From: Leucoraja erinacea
Lineage: Eukaryota
Assembly (NCBI RefSeq): GCF_028641065.1
Contig: NC_073389.1
Span: 62,001-126,000, forward strand
Direction: 5' to 3'
DNA length: 64,000 bases
This document shows positions 10,545-22,774 of this stretch, piece after piece. Numbering within the stretch: the stretch's first letter is position 1; every line of letters starts with the position of its first letter. The notes under the pieces are model-generated. The model saw only the letters and a list, made by a program, of their open reading frames with translations, was not told the DNA's origin and did no database searches. The translations under genes were made by a program, and so were the position numbers.

Positions 10545-12850
10545 TAAAAACTTAGAAAATAGGTGCAGGAGGAAGCCATTTGGCCCTTCGAGCCAGCACC
10601 GCCATTCATTGTAACCATGGCTGATCATCCCCAATCAATAACCCGTGGCTGCCTTCTACCCATATCCCTTAATTCCACCAGCCCCGAGAGCTCTATCTAA
10701 CTCTCTCTTAAATCTATCCAGTGATTTGGCCTCCACTGCCCTCTGGGGCAGGAATTCCACAAATTCACAACTCTCTGGGTGAAAAAAAAATGTCTCACCT
10801 CAGTCTTAAATGGCCTCCCCTTTATTCTAAGACTGTGGCCCCTGGTTCTGGACTTGCCCTACATTGGGAACATTTTTCCTGCATCTAGCCTGTCCAGTCC
10901 TTTTATAATTTTATATGTTTCTATAAGATATCCCCTCATCCTTCTAAACTCCAGTGAATACAAGCCTAGTATTTTCAATCTTTCCTCGTATGACAGTCCC
11001 GCCATCCCAGGGATCAATCTCGTGAACCTACGCTGCACTGCCTCAATCACAGGGATGTCCTTCCTCAAATTAGAGACCAAAACTGTAGACAATACTCCAG
11101 ATGTTGTCTTACCAGAGCCCTATACAACTGCAGAACCTCTTTACTCCTATAGTGAAATCCTCTTGTTATGAAGGCCAACATTCCATTGGCTTTCTTCACT
11201 GCCTGCTGTACCTGCACACCAACTTTCAGTGACTGGTGTACAAGGACACCCAGGTCTCGTTGTACCTCCCCCTTACCTAACCTAACCCCATTGAGATAAT
11301 AATCTGCCCCCTTGTTTTTGCCGCCAAAGTGGATAATCTCACATTTATCTATATTATACTGCATCTGCCACGCATCTGCCCACTCACGCAACCTGTCCAG
11401 GTCACCCTGCAACCTCCTAACATCCTCTTCACAGTTCACACTGCCACCCAGCTTTGTGTCATCCGCAAACTTGCTAGTGTTGCTCCTAATTCCCTCTTCC
11501 AAATCATTAATATATATGGTAAACAGTTGCGGCCCCAACACCGAGCCTTGCGGCACTCCACTCGCCACTGCCTGCCATTCTGAAAAGGACCCGTTCACTC
11601 CTACTCTTTGCTTCCTGTCTGCCAACCAATTTTTTTTATCCATGTCAACCCCCTAACCCCAATACCATGTGTCCTAATTTTAGTCACCAGTCGCCCGTGC
11701 GGGACCTTATCAAAGGCTTTCTCAAAGTCTAGATACACTACATCCACTGGCTCCCCTTCATCCATTTTACTTGTCACATCTTCAAAAAATTCCAGTTTAG
11801 TCGAGCACGGACTTGTACGGCACGAAACTTGTAGGGCCGAGATGGCCTGTTTCCGTGCTGTAATTGTTATATGGTTATAAGCATGATTTCCCTTTCATAA
11901 ATCCATGCTGACTTGGACTAATCCTTTTACTGCTATCAAAATTCCCCATTAGTACCTCTAATAATTGACTCCAGCATCTTTCCCACCACCGAAGTCAGGC
12001 TAACTGGTCTGTAATTCCCCATTTTCTCTCTCGCTCCTTTCTTGAAAAGTGGGATAATATTAGCTATCTTCCAATCCACAGGAACTGATCCTGAATCTAT
12101 TGAACATTGGAAAATGATCACCAATGCATCCACTATTTCTAGAGCCACCTCCCTGAGGACCCTGGGATGCAGACCATCAGGCCCAGGGGATTTATCAGCC
12201 TTCAGTCCCATTAGCCTACCCAATACTATTTCTCGCCTAATGACAATTTTTTCAGTTCCTCTACCCCAGTGGTTCCCAACGTGGGGCGTACGCCCCATAG
12301 GGGGGCAATTTGATTTTTAAGGGGGGCAATTGAGCGCAACTGAGGAGGTCTGGGTCCAAATTTCCGATTTTTATTTTTTTGGAATTTCCATCAGGTAAAC
12401 ATATGTAGTTTATGTTTCAGATGTTATTTTGAGTAAATAATTTGTTTTGGGTAAAAAAGGTCTTTATTGCGTAGTTATTACATAATCACCGCGCCATCGC
12501 TCTTCATGCACGTCACACGAAGCCGCGAGGTCATGGGAGAACCTTATTTATTGAACCATGTTCTTTTGAAGCTTGTTTAAACCAAGGTATTGAAATGATA
12601 AGAATTATATATCACCACATGGATTTTAGAGGTAATTAGGTGGGGCATGGCCAGAAAAAGGTTGGGAACCACTGCTCTACCCCCTTAGATCCTCTGTCCT
12701 CCAGTACTTCTGGGAGATTGTGTGTGTCTTCCTTACTGAAGACAGATCCGAAGTACCTGTTCAACTCTTCTGCCATTTACTTATTACCCATAATAATTTC
12801 ACCCGTGTTTACCTTCAAGGGACCCACATTTGACTTTGCTATTCTTTTTC
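10545..12850 (-). mobile_element. CR1 LINE ORF2 remnant with 3' UTR
   Basis: KSPGPDGLHP, NYRPVSLTS, SGVPQGSVLGP, SKFADDTKLGG, LGLYSLEFRR; frameshifted. Confidence 0.9.
12267..12674. mobile_element. hAT (Charlie-like) MITE with 8-bp TSD nested in the CR1
   Basis: TIR CAGTGGTTCCCAAC at both ends; TSD CTCTACCC at 12259-12266 and 12675-12682. Confidence 0.92.
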
Positions 12851-13199
12851 CCAAATTGTGCCATGTGCCATTCGGGAAACGATATGGCTAGGCTTGGCCT
12901 TCCAGCAAGGCCATCCTGGGCTTAAGGTTTGGGCCAACATTCCCGTCACAGCCACATCCACAACTTAAACCCGATCTCCATCCAGCTCCAGCTCCAACTG
13001 GACACAAGGCCGTTGGTTCATCCCGTGACCTGGTGTCCCTCTCCATGCCCGGCCCTCTTCAGCCCTTGTGGTGGTGGGAGGGGGGGGAACAAGGGTTGAA
13101 GAGGTCCAGGCATGGATAGGGACATTGGGTCACGGGAAGATGCGATGGCTGCGATGGCTTTGTGTCCAGTTGGAGATGGAACTGGAGATCGGGGGTAAG

Positions 13200-13350
13200 T
13201 AGCCCCAGCCCCAACTCTAGCCCCAGCCCCAATCCTAGCCCCAGCCCTAACCCCAGCCCCAGTCCTAACCCTAGCCCCAACACTAATCCTAACCCTATCC
13301 CCAGCCCTAACCCTAATCCTAACCCCAGCCCTAAGACGAGCCCTAACCAA
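13200..13350 (+). repeat. Degenerate (CCCTAA/CCCCAG)n hexamer repeat
   Basis: About 25 hexamers, several of them exact CCCTAA; source of the GL/SP-repeat ORFs. Confidence 0.8.
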
Positions 13351-14155
13351 CGTCTAATGTGTAAAATAATAGAACAATGACTATAATTATCAATTGTAAT
13401 TGATAAATGAACAGTATTCTTCTGCCTATTCATCTGAAGTTAATATTATTTTAGAGGAAGTTGGAGAAAAGTTGTGTGAAGGTTTTCCATTCTTGCTGAA
13501 AATCACCACTTTTTTCAGCAGTAAACTGTTACAAAAGTTTAAAATCAATGCGTTAGACGGAAAACATTTTTTTTTTGGTAGTTTATTTCCGGAAGATAAT
13601 CTATAATTTGAAAGACTGCGACAAAAATTTGATTTTATATTCTTAAATCAGTGAAATTTTGCACTGTTACTCATCATAAAAATATGACTACTATGACTGA
13701 ATGCAATGGGCAACCTGGAATAAGAAGAGGAAAAAATAAATTAAATTCTCTAATAGATTGCGCCAAACATATTTTTCCCATAGTAGAGTTGTTCACCTAT
13801 GTGAAACAACATTCAAAGTTGGAAAAATTAAAGTTTTATTTTTGGGTATCCGGAAACTTAAAAGTAGACACTTACTGAAGAAGCACCCGATTATGTAGTT
13901 GGTTGGATCACAGATAATCGAGGAGGTGCACAGTGCACTGCAGTTTTGGAATGGGTTTAGTTTAGGTTTATTATTATCATATGTAGAGAGGTACAGTAAA
14001 ATGCCACGCCACCGACGGCCTTTACCTGCACTCCGGCTGCCAGCACCCACCTGGATTCCAGGCCCAGTTCCCCACCGAGAGTCTGAGGAAGGGTCACGAC
14101 CCGAAACATGAACCTGTCCATGTTCTCCAGAGATGCTGCCTGACCAGTTGAGTTA

Positions 14156-14752
14156 AGGGCCTGTCCCACTTGGCCGTTATTTGCGCGCCATTTACGCGAC
14201 CTGGTAGCATGTGGGTGGTGCAGGACGGGCGCATGGTGTGGAGTTGTGCGCGGTATCGCACAGTACGCCAGGATTTTGTGCTGCACAAAATCTTCGCTCG
14301 CCACGGGCCTGTCGCGTAAATGAAGGCCAAGTGGGACAGGGTGACATTTCAGGTCGAATGTGTAACGTTTCGGGTCAAGACCCTTCTTCAATCTGAAACA
14401 TCATCCATTCCTTCTCTCCAGAGATGCTGCCGGTCCTGCTGAGTTACTCCTGCATTTTGTGTCTATCTTCAATTTAAGCCAGCATCTGCAGTTCCTTCCC
14501 ACAGATTAATTTGGTCTGCAACTTGCTACTTTTCATTCACCTCTTTTTTTGAATAGGGTCATTACATCTGCAGTTTTTCCATTTATTAGCACCACTCAAG
14601 AAACTGCAACATTTTAGAAAATCACCATAAATATCATAAACTGGGTATTCAGATGACGTCACGCGCTCTAGACGGCTGTGCGGACGCATGATGACGTGCG
14701 CGTCAGTCACTACCGCCTGTCGCGTAAATGACGGCCAAGTGGGACAGGCCCT
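14156..14752. mobile_element. PIF/Harbinger-type MITE with TTA TSD
   Basis: TIR AGGGCCTGTCCCACTTGGCCGT; TTA at 14153-14155 and 14753-14755. The host repeat gagtta|ctccagca is restored on removal. Related copies at about 22951-23574 and 24085-24370. Confidence 0.85.
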
Positions 14753-14964
14753 TTACTCCAGCACTTATACAATGATAATCCCTTACTCAGTTATAGCGGA
14801 CAATTGGTAAAAACAGATACCATTCTCCTTCTCTCCCCCCACCCCCATGGTCCTTTATAAAGAGGGTTTACTGTAATGTTATGATTATTGTTTACAGTGC
14901 TGACCTGTGTCTGAACAGCATTAGTAGAGAAAATGTTGATTTTTTCCACTTTCTTTATTTTCAG

Positions 14965-15011
14965 ATGGACATCGCTTAATCCACGTGGATAGAAAAAAAT
15001 CTTCAGATTAA
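14965..15011 (+). CDS. Gene A candidate terminal exon (NGHRLIHVDRKKSSD-stop), no TM
   Basis: Strong polypyrimidine acceptor tttttccactttctttattttcag| in non-repeat sequence. Phase-1 compatible with the C exon (A+AT=Asn). Stop TAA at 15009-15011; AATAAA at 15375-15380. No transcript support is available. Confidence 0.45.
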
Positions 15012-17069
15012 ATCAAAAGATGCAATGCTGCAAACAACAAGGAAACTCGTGATATTTTGTATTTTCACCTCTGGCTTTTGCTCACCTGTCTGCCAATCAA
15101 ACCCATATCCCCGCCCCACCTCTTCCCTGTATCCACTTATCACTTGCCAGGCTTTATCTTGCCCACTACTCTCTTCCAGTTTTCTCTAACCCCCTTTCCC
15201 CCCCGCACCACAATCAATCTGAAGATCTTGATTGGTTGACCATGTGTGCTGAGAAACAGCTTTTAGGATCAGGTCCTTAAACAGCTTATGACACCGACTC
15301 ACTGTCAGTCGGTGTCAGCTTCTAGACACCAACATTATAGAACGTGCAGCTTAATGACACCATTTTACCCACAAAATAAAGCGCCGTAGGGGAAAGAATA
15401 ATCAAATGTGGACAGTTGTGGAGATATCTCTGAGCATTCATGCGACTACACAGGATTCTCAGCTGCCATGTACTGCATGTCTAGTTTGAAGCTGTTCTCT
15501 GCTTTGTGATAGGATTAAGATACAACAGAGCTTATTTGTAATCCAAAAGATGCTTTGCGAGATGTTGTTCCTGCTGTTGGTGTCTATTGTAGATCATCAT
15601 CCTGTAAGATGTTTAAGGGCCTGACCACCAAATTTAATAAAGAAATGGGTTGCATGGTGGCACAGCGGTAGAGTTGCTGCCTTACAACGCCAGAGACCCG
15701 GGCCCGATCCTGATTATGGGTGCTGGCTATACGGAGTCTGTACGTTCTCCCTGTGCCCTGTGTGGGTTTTCTCCGGGAGCTCCAATTTCCTCCCACACTC
15801 CAAAGACGTACGGGTTTGTAGACTAATTGGCTTTGTTAGAATTGTAAATTGTCCCTCGTGTATTGGATAGTGTTAGTGTACGGGGATCACTAGTCAGCGC
15901 CGAATTGGTGGGTTGAAGGGCGTGTTTCCGTGCTGTATCTTTAAACTCAACTAAATGCTATTGTTTAATGTTCAGCCACACTCTCTCACTGCTCTCCCTC
16001 AGTGAGTTCCTCCTGCCGTCGATAACATAGCCACGTGTGTTTCCTCAGCACCTGCCTTCAATGCTCAGTTGTTCCACACGGCTTCCAGTTCCAATTCGAG
16101 GCCTCTAGGTTTCTGGGCCATCCTGGGTCCAAAGTACCTGGACCCTACTCACCACTACTTGCTACACACCCCATCCATGCTCCGAGTTCTACACTCTATG
16201 CCATGTGCTGGCACCAGTCGTCTCTCACTTGCCCTCACCTGCAGCTCCATTCCTCACTTAGACATGGACCTTAAATAAGATCCACGTCATCCTCTGCCTG
16301 AACCTCCTCCTCACAGTGATGCAGTGGCAGGGTGGCTGCTTACAGTGCAAGAGACCCGAGTTTTATCCTGACTGTGTGGAGTTTGCACATTCTCCCTGTG
16401 ACCATGTGTTATTCCTTTGTTATCCAAATTCCCCCACATCCCAAAGACATGCAGGTTTGTAGGTTAATCGGCCCATATAGGATGCAAAAATGAGATAATG
16501 TTGAATTAATGTACAGGTGATCAATGGTCGTCATGGACTCGGTGGGCCGAAGGGCCTGTTCTATGCTGTCTCTTTGAAACTTAAAAATATTAACTCCCGG
16601 TTTTTATGTAGGCAAGTTTGGTTTCCAATATATCACGGACATTCTCTCGATGCCGATCATCGATCACCCGTTCACACTAGTTCACTTTCTTATCCACTCC
16701 CTACACACTTGGAGCATCTTTACACCCAATTAACCTACAAACCCACACATCTTTGGAATGTGGTAGGAAACCGGAGCACCCGGAGCAAACCCAATTGCAA
16801 ACTCCACACACAGACAACACCTGAGGTCAGGATCGAACCCGGGTCTCTGGCGCTGTGAAGGAACAGCTCCACCCGCTGGAAGCCCACTATTATAAAAATG
16901 TTTATTTTCTTATTTTTCTCGTTCTGAAACCTTGACAGGTGTCCACTCTGTTTCTCTTCCCACTGATAATATTTTCTGCTTTGTTTTGGATTTCCAGTAT
17001 CTGCAGTATTCATTGCAGTATATTAATTGTGCTAATTGATATGTTTAATCGTATATAATTTTAATGCAC

Positions 17070-17930
17070 AGTCTTTCCCAAGGTTAATCAGAGAGCACAG
17101 GTTTAAGGCGAGAGGGGAAAGATTTAATGGGTACCTGAAGGACAACTTTTTCACACAGATGGTGGTAGGCCTATGGAACGAGCTGCCAGTAGAGGTCTTT
17201 AAGGCAGGTTCAATAACAACATTTAAAATACATCTGGACAGATACATGGATAAAATAAAAGTACTACCTTCAGAAAGGAGATGAGGATATAAAACTATGT
17301 ACATTCAGAGGGTGGTGAATCTGGCATTCATTTCACAGACCAAGTAGAGGCCAAGTCTTTAGGTATTTCTGACAGGTTCTCAATTAGTAAGGTTATAGAA
17401 ACTTACAAAATTCTTAAAGGGCTGGACAGGCTAGATGCAGGAAGATTATTCCCGATGTTGGGGAAGTCCAGAACAAGGGGTCACAGTTGAAGGATAAGAG
17501 GGAAGTCTTTTAGGACCGAGATGAGAAAATCATTTTTTACACAGAGTGGTGAATCTGGAATTATCTGCCACAGAAAGTAGTTGAGGTCAGTTCATTGGCT
17601 AGATTTAAGAGGGAGTTAGATATGGCCCTTGTGGCTAAAGGGATCAGGGGGTATGGAGAGAAGGCAGGTATGGGATATTGATTTGGATGATCAGCCATGA
17701 TCATATTGAATGGCGGTGCAGGCTCGAGAAGGCAGGAAAATGGGGTTGAGAGGGAACGATAGATCAGCCACGTTGAATGACAGAGTAGACTCAATGGACC
17801 AAATGGCCTAATTCTGCTCCGACAACATGATCTTATGATAGGAAAGTTATGGAGGGATTTGGGCGAAACACAGGCAGTAAATTGGGGCATGCTTGGTTGG
17901 CATGGGCAAGTTGGGCTGAATGGCCTGATT
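17070..17930 (+). mobile_element. Cluster of CR1 3' fragments
   Basis: FFTQxVVxLWN motifs and the CR1 3' UTR (gatcagccatgatcatattgaatgg). Confidence 0.75.
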
Positions 17931-17940
17931 CCAAGGATTC

Positions 17941-19550
17941 TGACGTACATAACAGAACGTTGGTTGTACATTAGATCCACAAATGAGTGATATATGATGC
18001 TGCAGAATTCAACAGATTGGGCAAAGTACTAACTCGTTTAATGCAGGTAAATCGATCCATAACCATATGCAATCAAGGACAATGCTTGGGATTAAAGGAT
18101 TTAGAATTCACACAATCTCATAAATCAGACTAGAAAGGGAGATGAGTTGGACGTTCTTGAATATTGTTTGAAGTGAGGCCTTTGAATAAGTTTATCTCAG
18201 TGAAATAGTGGACTTTTGAAATGTATATTAATCATTAGCATCAGCATTTAATGTTTTTTGTGAATTGCAGTATAATGAATGTTAATGAAAAGCTAGCAAT
18301 CATATAAGTAGAGTTAAACACAATGCTGGAGTAACTTAGCAGGTCAGGCACATTCTCTAGAAAATGGATAGCTGCATTTCAGGTTGGGGTACTTCTTCAG
18401 ACAGGGTCTAAAGAAGGTTTCCTACCCGAAATGTCACCTATCCTTTTTCTACGGAGAATTTGCTTGACCTGCTGAGTTACTTGAGCATTGTGTGTCTTAT
18501 CTTTGGTATAAACCAGCTGCTGCAGTTTCTTGTTATTATAACCATATAAGCAACTGGTTTAGAAGCATGGTCTTGGCTGTTGAAATGTTATAAATTAAAC
18601 TTTAGACGTAATGCACACTTGATCAAGGACAGGACAGATCCAACAGTTGAGTGTTGGTTGGTGAAGATGGTGCAGTCAACATAAGGATGTTAATTTGTTG
18701 GAGCCTGGAAAAGCTGGATCATGGCTGAGATGAAGATGAAGGGAGAGGGAGGTAAATCACCAGATTTGTGCAAGGTGAAGACCAGATTGCAATGAGGTAT
18801 CTGGGGCTTTCAACCTTGACCTTGTGGGAACTGCAGTATGACAAAGGGTAAGGTAACGTGCATCCAGCTACAGTTTTGAAATTTGAATATGTTTTAGTTC
18901 TTAGTTAAATAGTTGTTTTTAGAAACATTAATAATTAGTGCTGGATTTTAATGTTTTGTAAATTGCAATGTCATGCGTTTTAAACTAGAAATCCTATGTA
19001 ACTGGTTTTGATGCATGTTGTGTGCTGTTGATTTTTTTCAATATTCTGATATTTCATGAATGTTTTAGGAATATTTCAATCTTGACCTTGTGGAAACTGC
19101 CGTATGAGAAAGATTAAGGTAGCATGCAACCAGCTACAGGTGTACAGCTAAAGATCCTTGAGCATAGCCTGTGATGCACAGGCTGTGATAGCTGTACAGC
19201 ACAAGGTCCTGGAGAGTTGTTCTTTGGACATTCAACTGGCTCCAACCATACAGTGCAAGGTCGAAGAGAGTTATCTTACTGATTAAATGCAAATAGAGGA
19301 TTTAAATGCATGCAGTTTTTAATTTGATATTAGTGCTTTTATGAACGTATTGTGATTGTTGATAAGAATTTGGAGAGTGTGCAAGATTTCAATCGGTCAG
19401 AATGTATATAAAAGTCGACACTTCCAAACAGAATTTCAGAGTAGTGCGGTAACTGGGACTGTATTGCTCTTCTCTTGCACACGTTAATAAAGAGTGTTTG
19501 GGAAACAAATGCAAGTTGTCCGAGTCCAGTTGATCAGGGATGCCAACCTG
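17941..19550 (+). mobile_element. Possible old solo LTR with internal tandem duplications
   Basis: Duplicated block of about 65 bp (18808-18873 vs 19075-19140), TATATAAAA near 19405 and AATAAA near 19486. Termini and TSD are not resolved. Confidence 0.35.
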
Positions 19551-20514
19551 TGTGGAATTAGGTGGTCAGATCACTTTCTGCCAGCTATTAATGGGATACA
19601 GTATCAATGAATCTTTATACTGTCCAAGAATGCAGTGGAAAGGTGTGAAGACACCCTAGATGGAATGATGATGGGTGCACTCTAATATTCAGAGACACCT
19701 GTCCCCTGCTTGCTTCCGTTGGATTGTATAATGATTCATTTACAACAATACATTTGGGCCTCCATTGGGTGTTGGAGGCACAGCCAATAGTTCTACATTA
19801 CATTAAAACCACATTCATAATTTTATTGAGCTTTTAAGTTTGTGATTAAGTTTAAGTTTGGACATTATAAAAATAATGTATATAGTAAACGTACATTATT
19901 TTAACTATATGTTCATTCTGAAGTGATTTAAGACAAGTGAATATTGCATGTTTTGCAAATTGGATGAAATTAGGCTGCCTTCATGTTACATGAGAGAGAG
20001 AGTTTGTATGCAATAAGTGGGAATGACAATGTTACTGGATGTTTGTTAAGTAGGAGACAATGTTTCTGCCAGAAATTGTGTCAAAAAAAGAACTTTGTGA
20101 GGAAAAGTCGTATTGTGTATCATTTGGTATGGTTTATTTCATTTGTTTTATTTTTTAAGTTACCAATTATGATTATTTTTAATAATTAAGATTTCTGAAG
20201 AAAAATCTAAACGTTAATTATTTTTCTATTTTTAGTAATTAAATTCACACAAGTTAATTTCATTAAAAATATACTCTGAATTATTTCCTGTGTTTGAGTT
20301 ATATCTTTTGATTTGAATTAATATTGGTTGGATTTTGACTGAATTCCACAGGTGTCGGCACTATTCATTTTAATGTTATGATTTATGTAAGAGTCTCCGA
20401 TTCTGGATATAAGACTTACCTACCCCTGTCTATTCAAAGATCATTTTTTGAAGTGGCAATTTGGCAAATACATTTGATTCATTTTTAAGAGTGAGCAAAG
20501 TGAAATTGCCAAGT

Positions 20515-21700
20515 CAGCAGTGGCACACCTGTATTTGGGTAATTTATCCCATTCTTCTCTGCAGATCCTCTCAAGCTCTGTCAGGTTGGATGGGGAGCGT
20601 CGATGCACAGCTATTTTCAGGTCTCTCCAGAGATGTTCGCTCAGGTTCAAGCCCGGGCTCTGGCTGGGCCACTCAAGGACATTCACAGACTTGTCACGAA
20701 GTCACTCCTGCGTTGTCTTGGCTGTGTGCTTAGGGTTGTTGTCCTGTTGGAAGGTTAACCTCCGCTCCAGCCTGAGGTCCAGAATGCTCTGGAACAGGTT
20801 TTCATCAAGGATCTCTCTGTACTTTGCTCCGTTCATCTTTCCCTCGATCCTGACTGGTCTCCCAGTTCCTGCCGCTGAAAAACATCCCCACAAATGCAGC
20901 CACCACCATGCTTCACTGTAGGTATGGTATTGGTCAGATGATGAGCCGTGCCTGGTTTCCTCCAGACGTGACGCTTGGCATTCAGGCCAAAGAGTTCAAT
21001 CTTGGTTTCATCAGATCAGAGAATCTTGGTTCTCACGCCTTTTGGCAAACTCCAAGTGGACTGTCATGTGCCTTTTACTGAGGAGTGGCATCCGTCTGGC
21101 CTGATTGGTGGAGTGCTGCAGATATAGTTGTCCTTCTGGAACGTCCTCCCATCTCCAGGAGGAACTCTGGAGCTCTGTCAGAGTGACCATTGGGTTCTTG
21201 GTCACCTCCCTGACCGAGACCCTTCTCCCCCGATTGCTCAGTTTGGCCGAGCGTCCAGGTCTATGAAGAATCTTGGTGGTTCCAATGTTCTTTTATTTAA
21301 GAATGATGGGGGGCCACTGTGCTCTAAGGGACCTGCAAAGCTGCAGAAATTGTTTTATACCCTTCCCCAGATCTGTGTCTCAGCGCAATCCTGTCTCAGA
21401 GATCTATGGACAATTCCTGCGTCTTCATGGCTTGGTTTTTACTCTGACATGCACCGTCAACTGTGGGACCTTATATAGACAGGTGTGTGCCTTTCCAAAT
21501 CATGTACAATCAATGTAATGATGGTGGAGTACAATCAAGTTGTAGAAACATCTGAAGGATAATCAATGGAAACAGGATGAACCTAACCTGAATTTTGAGC
21601 ATAAATTTCTAAACACCTGGTTTCACTTCTTCATTCTGTAGTGTAGTGTGTAGATTGATGATAGAAAAATGAATTTAATCCATTTAAAAATAAGGCTGTA
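20515..21700 (-). mobile_element. Tc1/mariner transposon remnant (decayed transposase)
   Basis: [10 protein letters not shown]...FQQDNNPKH and WPSQSPGLN...EHLW, plus TKNPMVTLTELQ; multiple frameshifts and incomplete TIRs. Confidence 0.9.
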
Positions 21701-21701
21701 A

Positions 21702-22774
21702 TGTCAGTCACCGCCTCGCAGATTGGTTTCCTCTCCTGTCAGTTATGGCCTGGACGGCAAACCCCCTTCGTGCACGGGCGGTTTTATTCCCACGTCATCT
21801 ACACTTCTTTACAAAAACTGGGAACTGGGCAAGAGTTGGATTATTGGACACGGTTCCACAAATGCAAAAGTGCAGTTGCTGCGGTGCCTGGTGCTCTGTA
21901 TTGAGAGGGGGGGATGACCCCCCCCTCCCCAAGATTTAGTGATCCGGATTTTAAAATCTCCGCTTTCCGCGAGACAGTGGGGGTGGGACTGCTGATCGAG
22001 GGCGCCGATTGGACGAGAGAGACGTCGGTCAGCAGGTAATGGCGGCGGGACATGATGATTCAGCGCGATGATTGGAGGAGGGAGGCGTGGCACAGACCTG
22101 CGCCTCATCCGCAGTCGGGATGACCCCGACCGGCTCTCCGGCACTGTCCCGTCCCCCCGCCCCCCCCCCCCCCCCGAGTGCCGCCCCCCCCCCCACGGGT
22201 GGCCAGAGACGTCGGAAGTCAGACGGAAGCTGTGCCCACAGCCAGCGCAGAGAAGCAGCGCTAAACCCAGCTCAATTTTGCCTGTCCTGCCAGGTTAACC
22301 TGCAGCCCTACATGGACTCGTGAGAAATACGGCTCAGGCGTACAGCCAGCGCGGAGAAGCAGCGCTGGTGTCCCGTCAGTCCAGGAAGGGCTGTAGGTTA
22401 ACCCGGCGAGACAGGCAGAGTTGAGCTGCAATTAGCGCTGGATTGCGCCTCTGAAGCCCCGTGTGCGCGGTCCCCTCCATATTTTGATAACGATTTCCGT
22501 GCCTGGATGGGGGATATGAGGGGTTAGACGTTATGGAGGGCAGCAGGGAGTGACAAAAGGTAGTGGAAATGAGAGGGTGGGATTGGGTAGGGGAGGAGGA
22601 GAGGGGAAAGATGAGGGAGGGTGAAGAGGAGTGCTGGGGGATAAGGGGAAATGAGCCGTGCCTGCGAAGTTGGGGGCTATGGGTGAGTGGTGGAATGTTG
22701 CGTTGGGGAATAGGTTGCGTTGGCAGATCAGGCCTCCCATGTGACAGGGACCCAATGGGTTTCACTTGGTCTAG
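21702..22774 (+). mobile_element. Helitron-like element (3' end defined, 5' end uncertain)
   Basis: Ends GACCCAATGGGTTTCACTTGGT-CTAG|T, the same terminus as the elements ending at 26082 and 62605. Confidence 0.55.

Noticed and set aside
19983-20189. Hydrophobic ORF as the missing TM exon of gene A
   Set aside because: AT-rich compositional hydrophobicity with no convincing in-phase acceptor.
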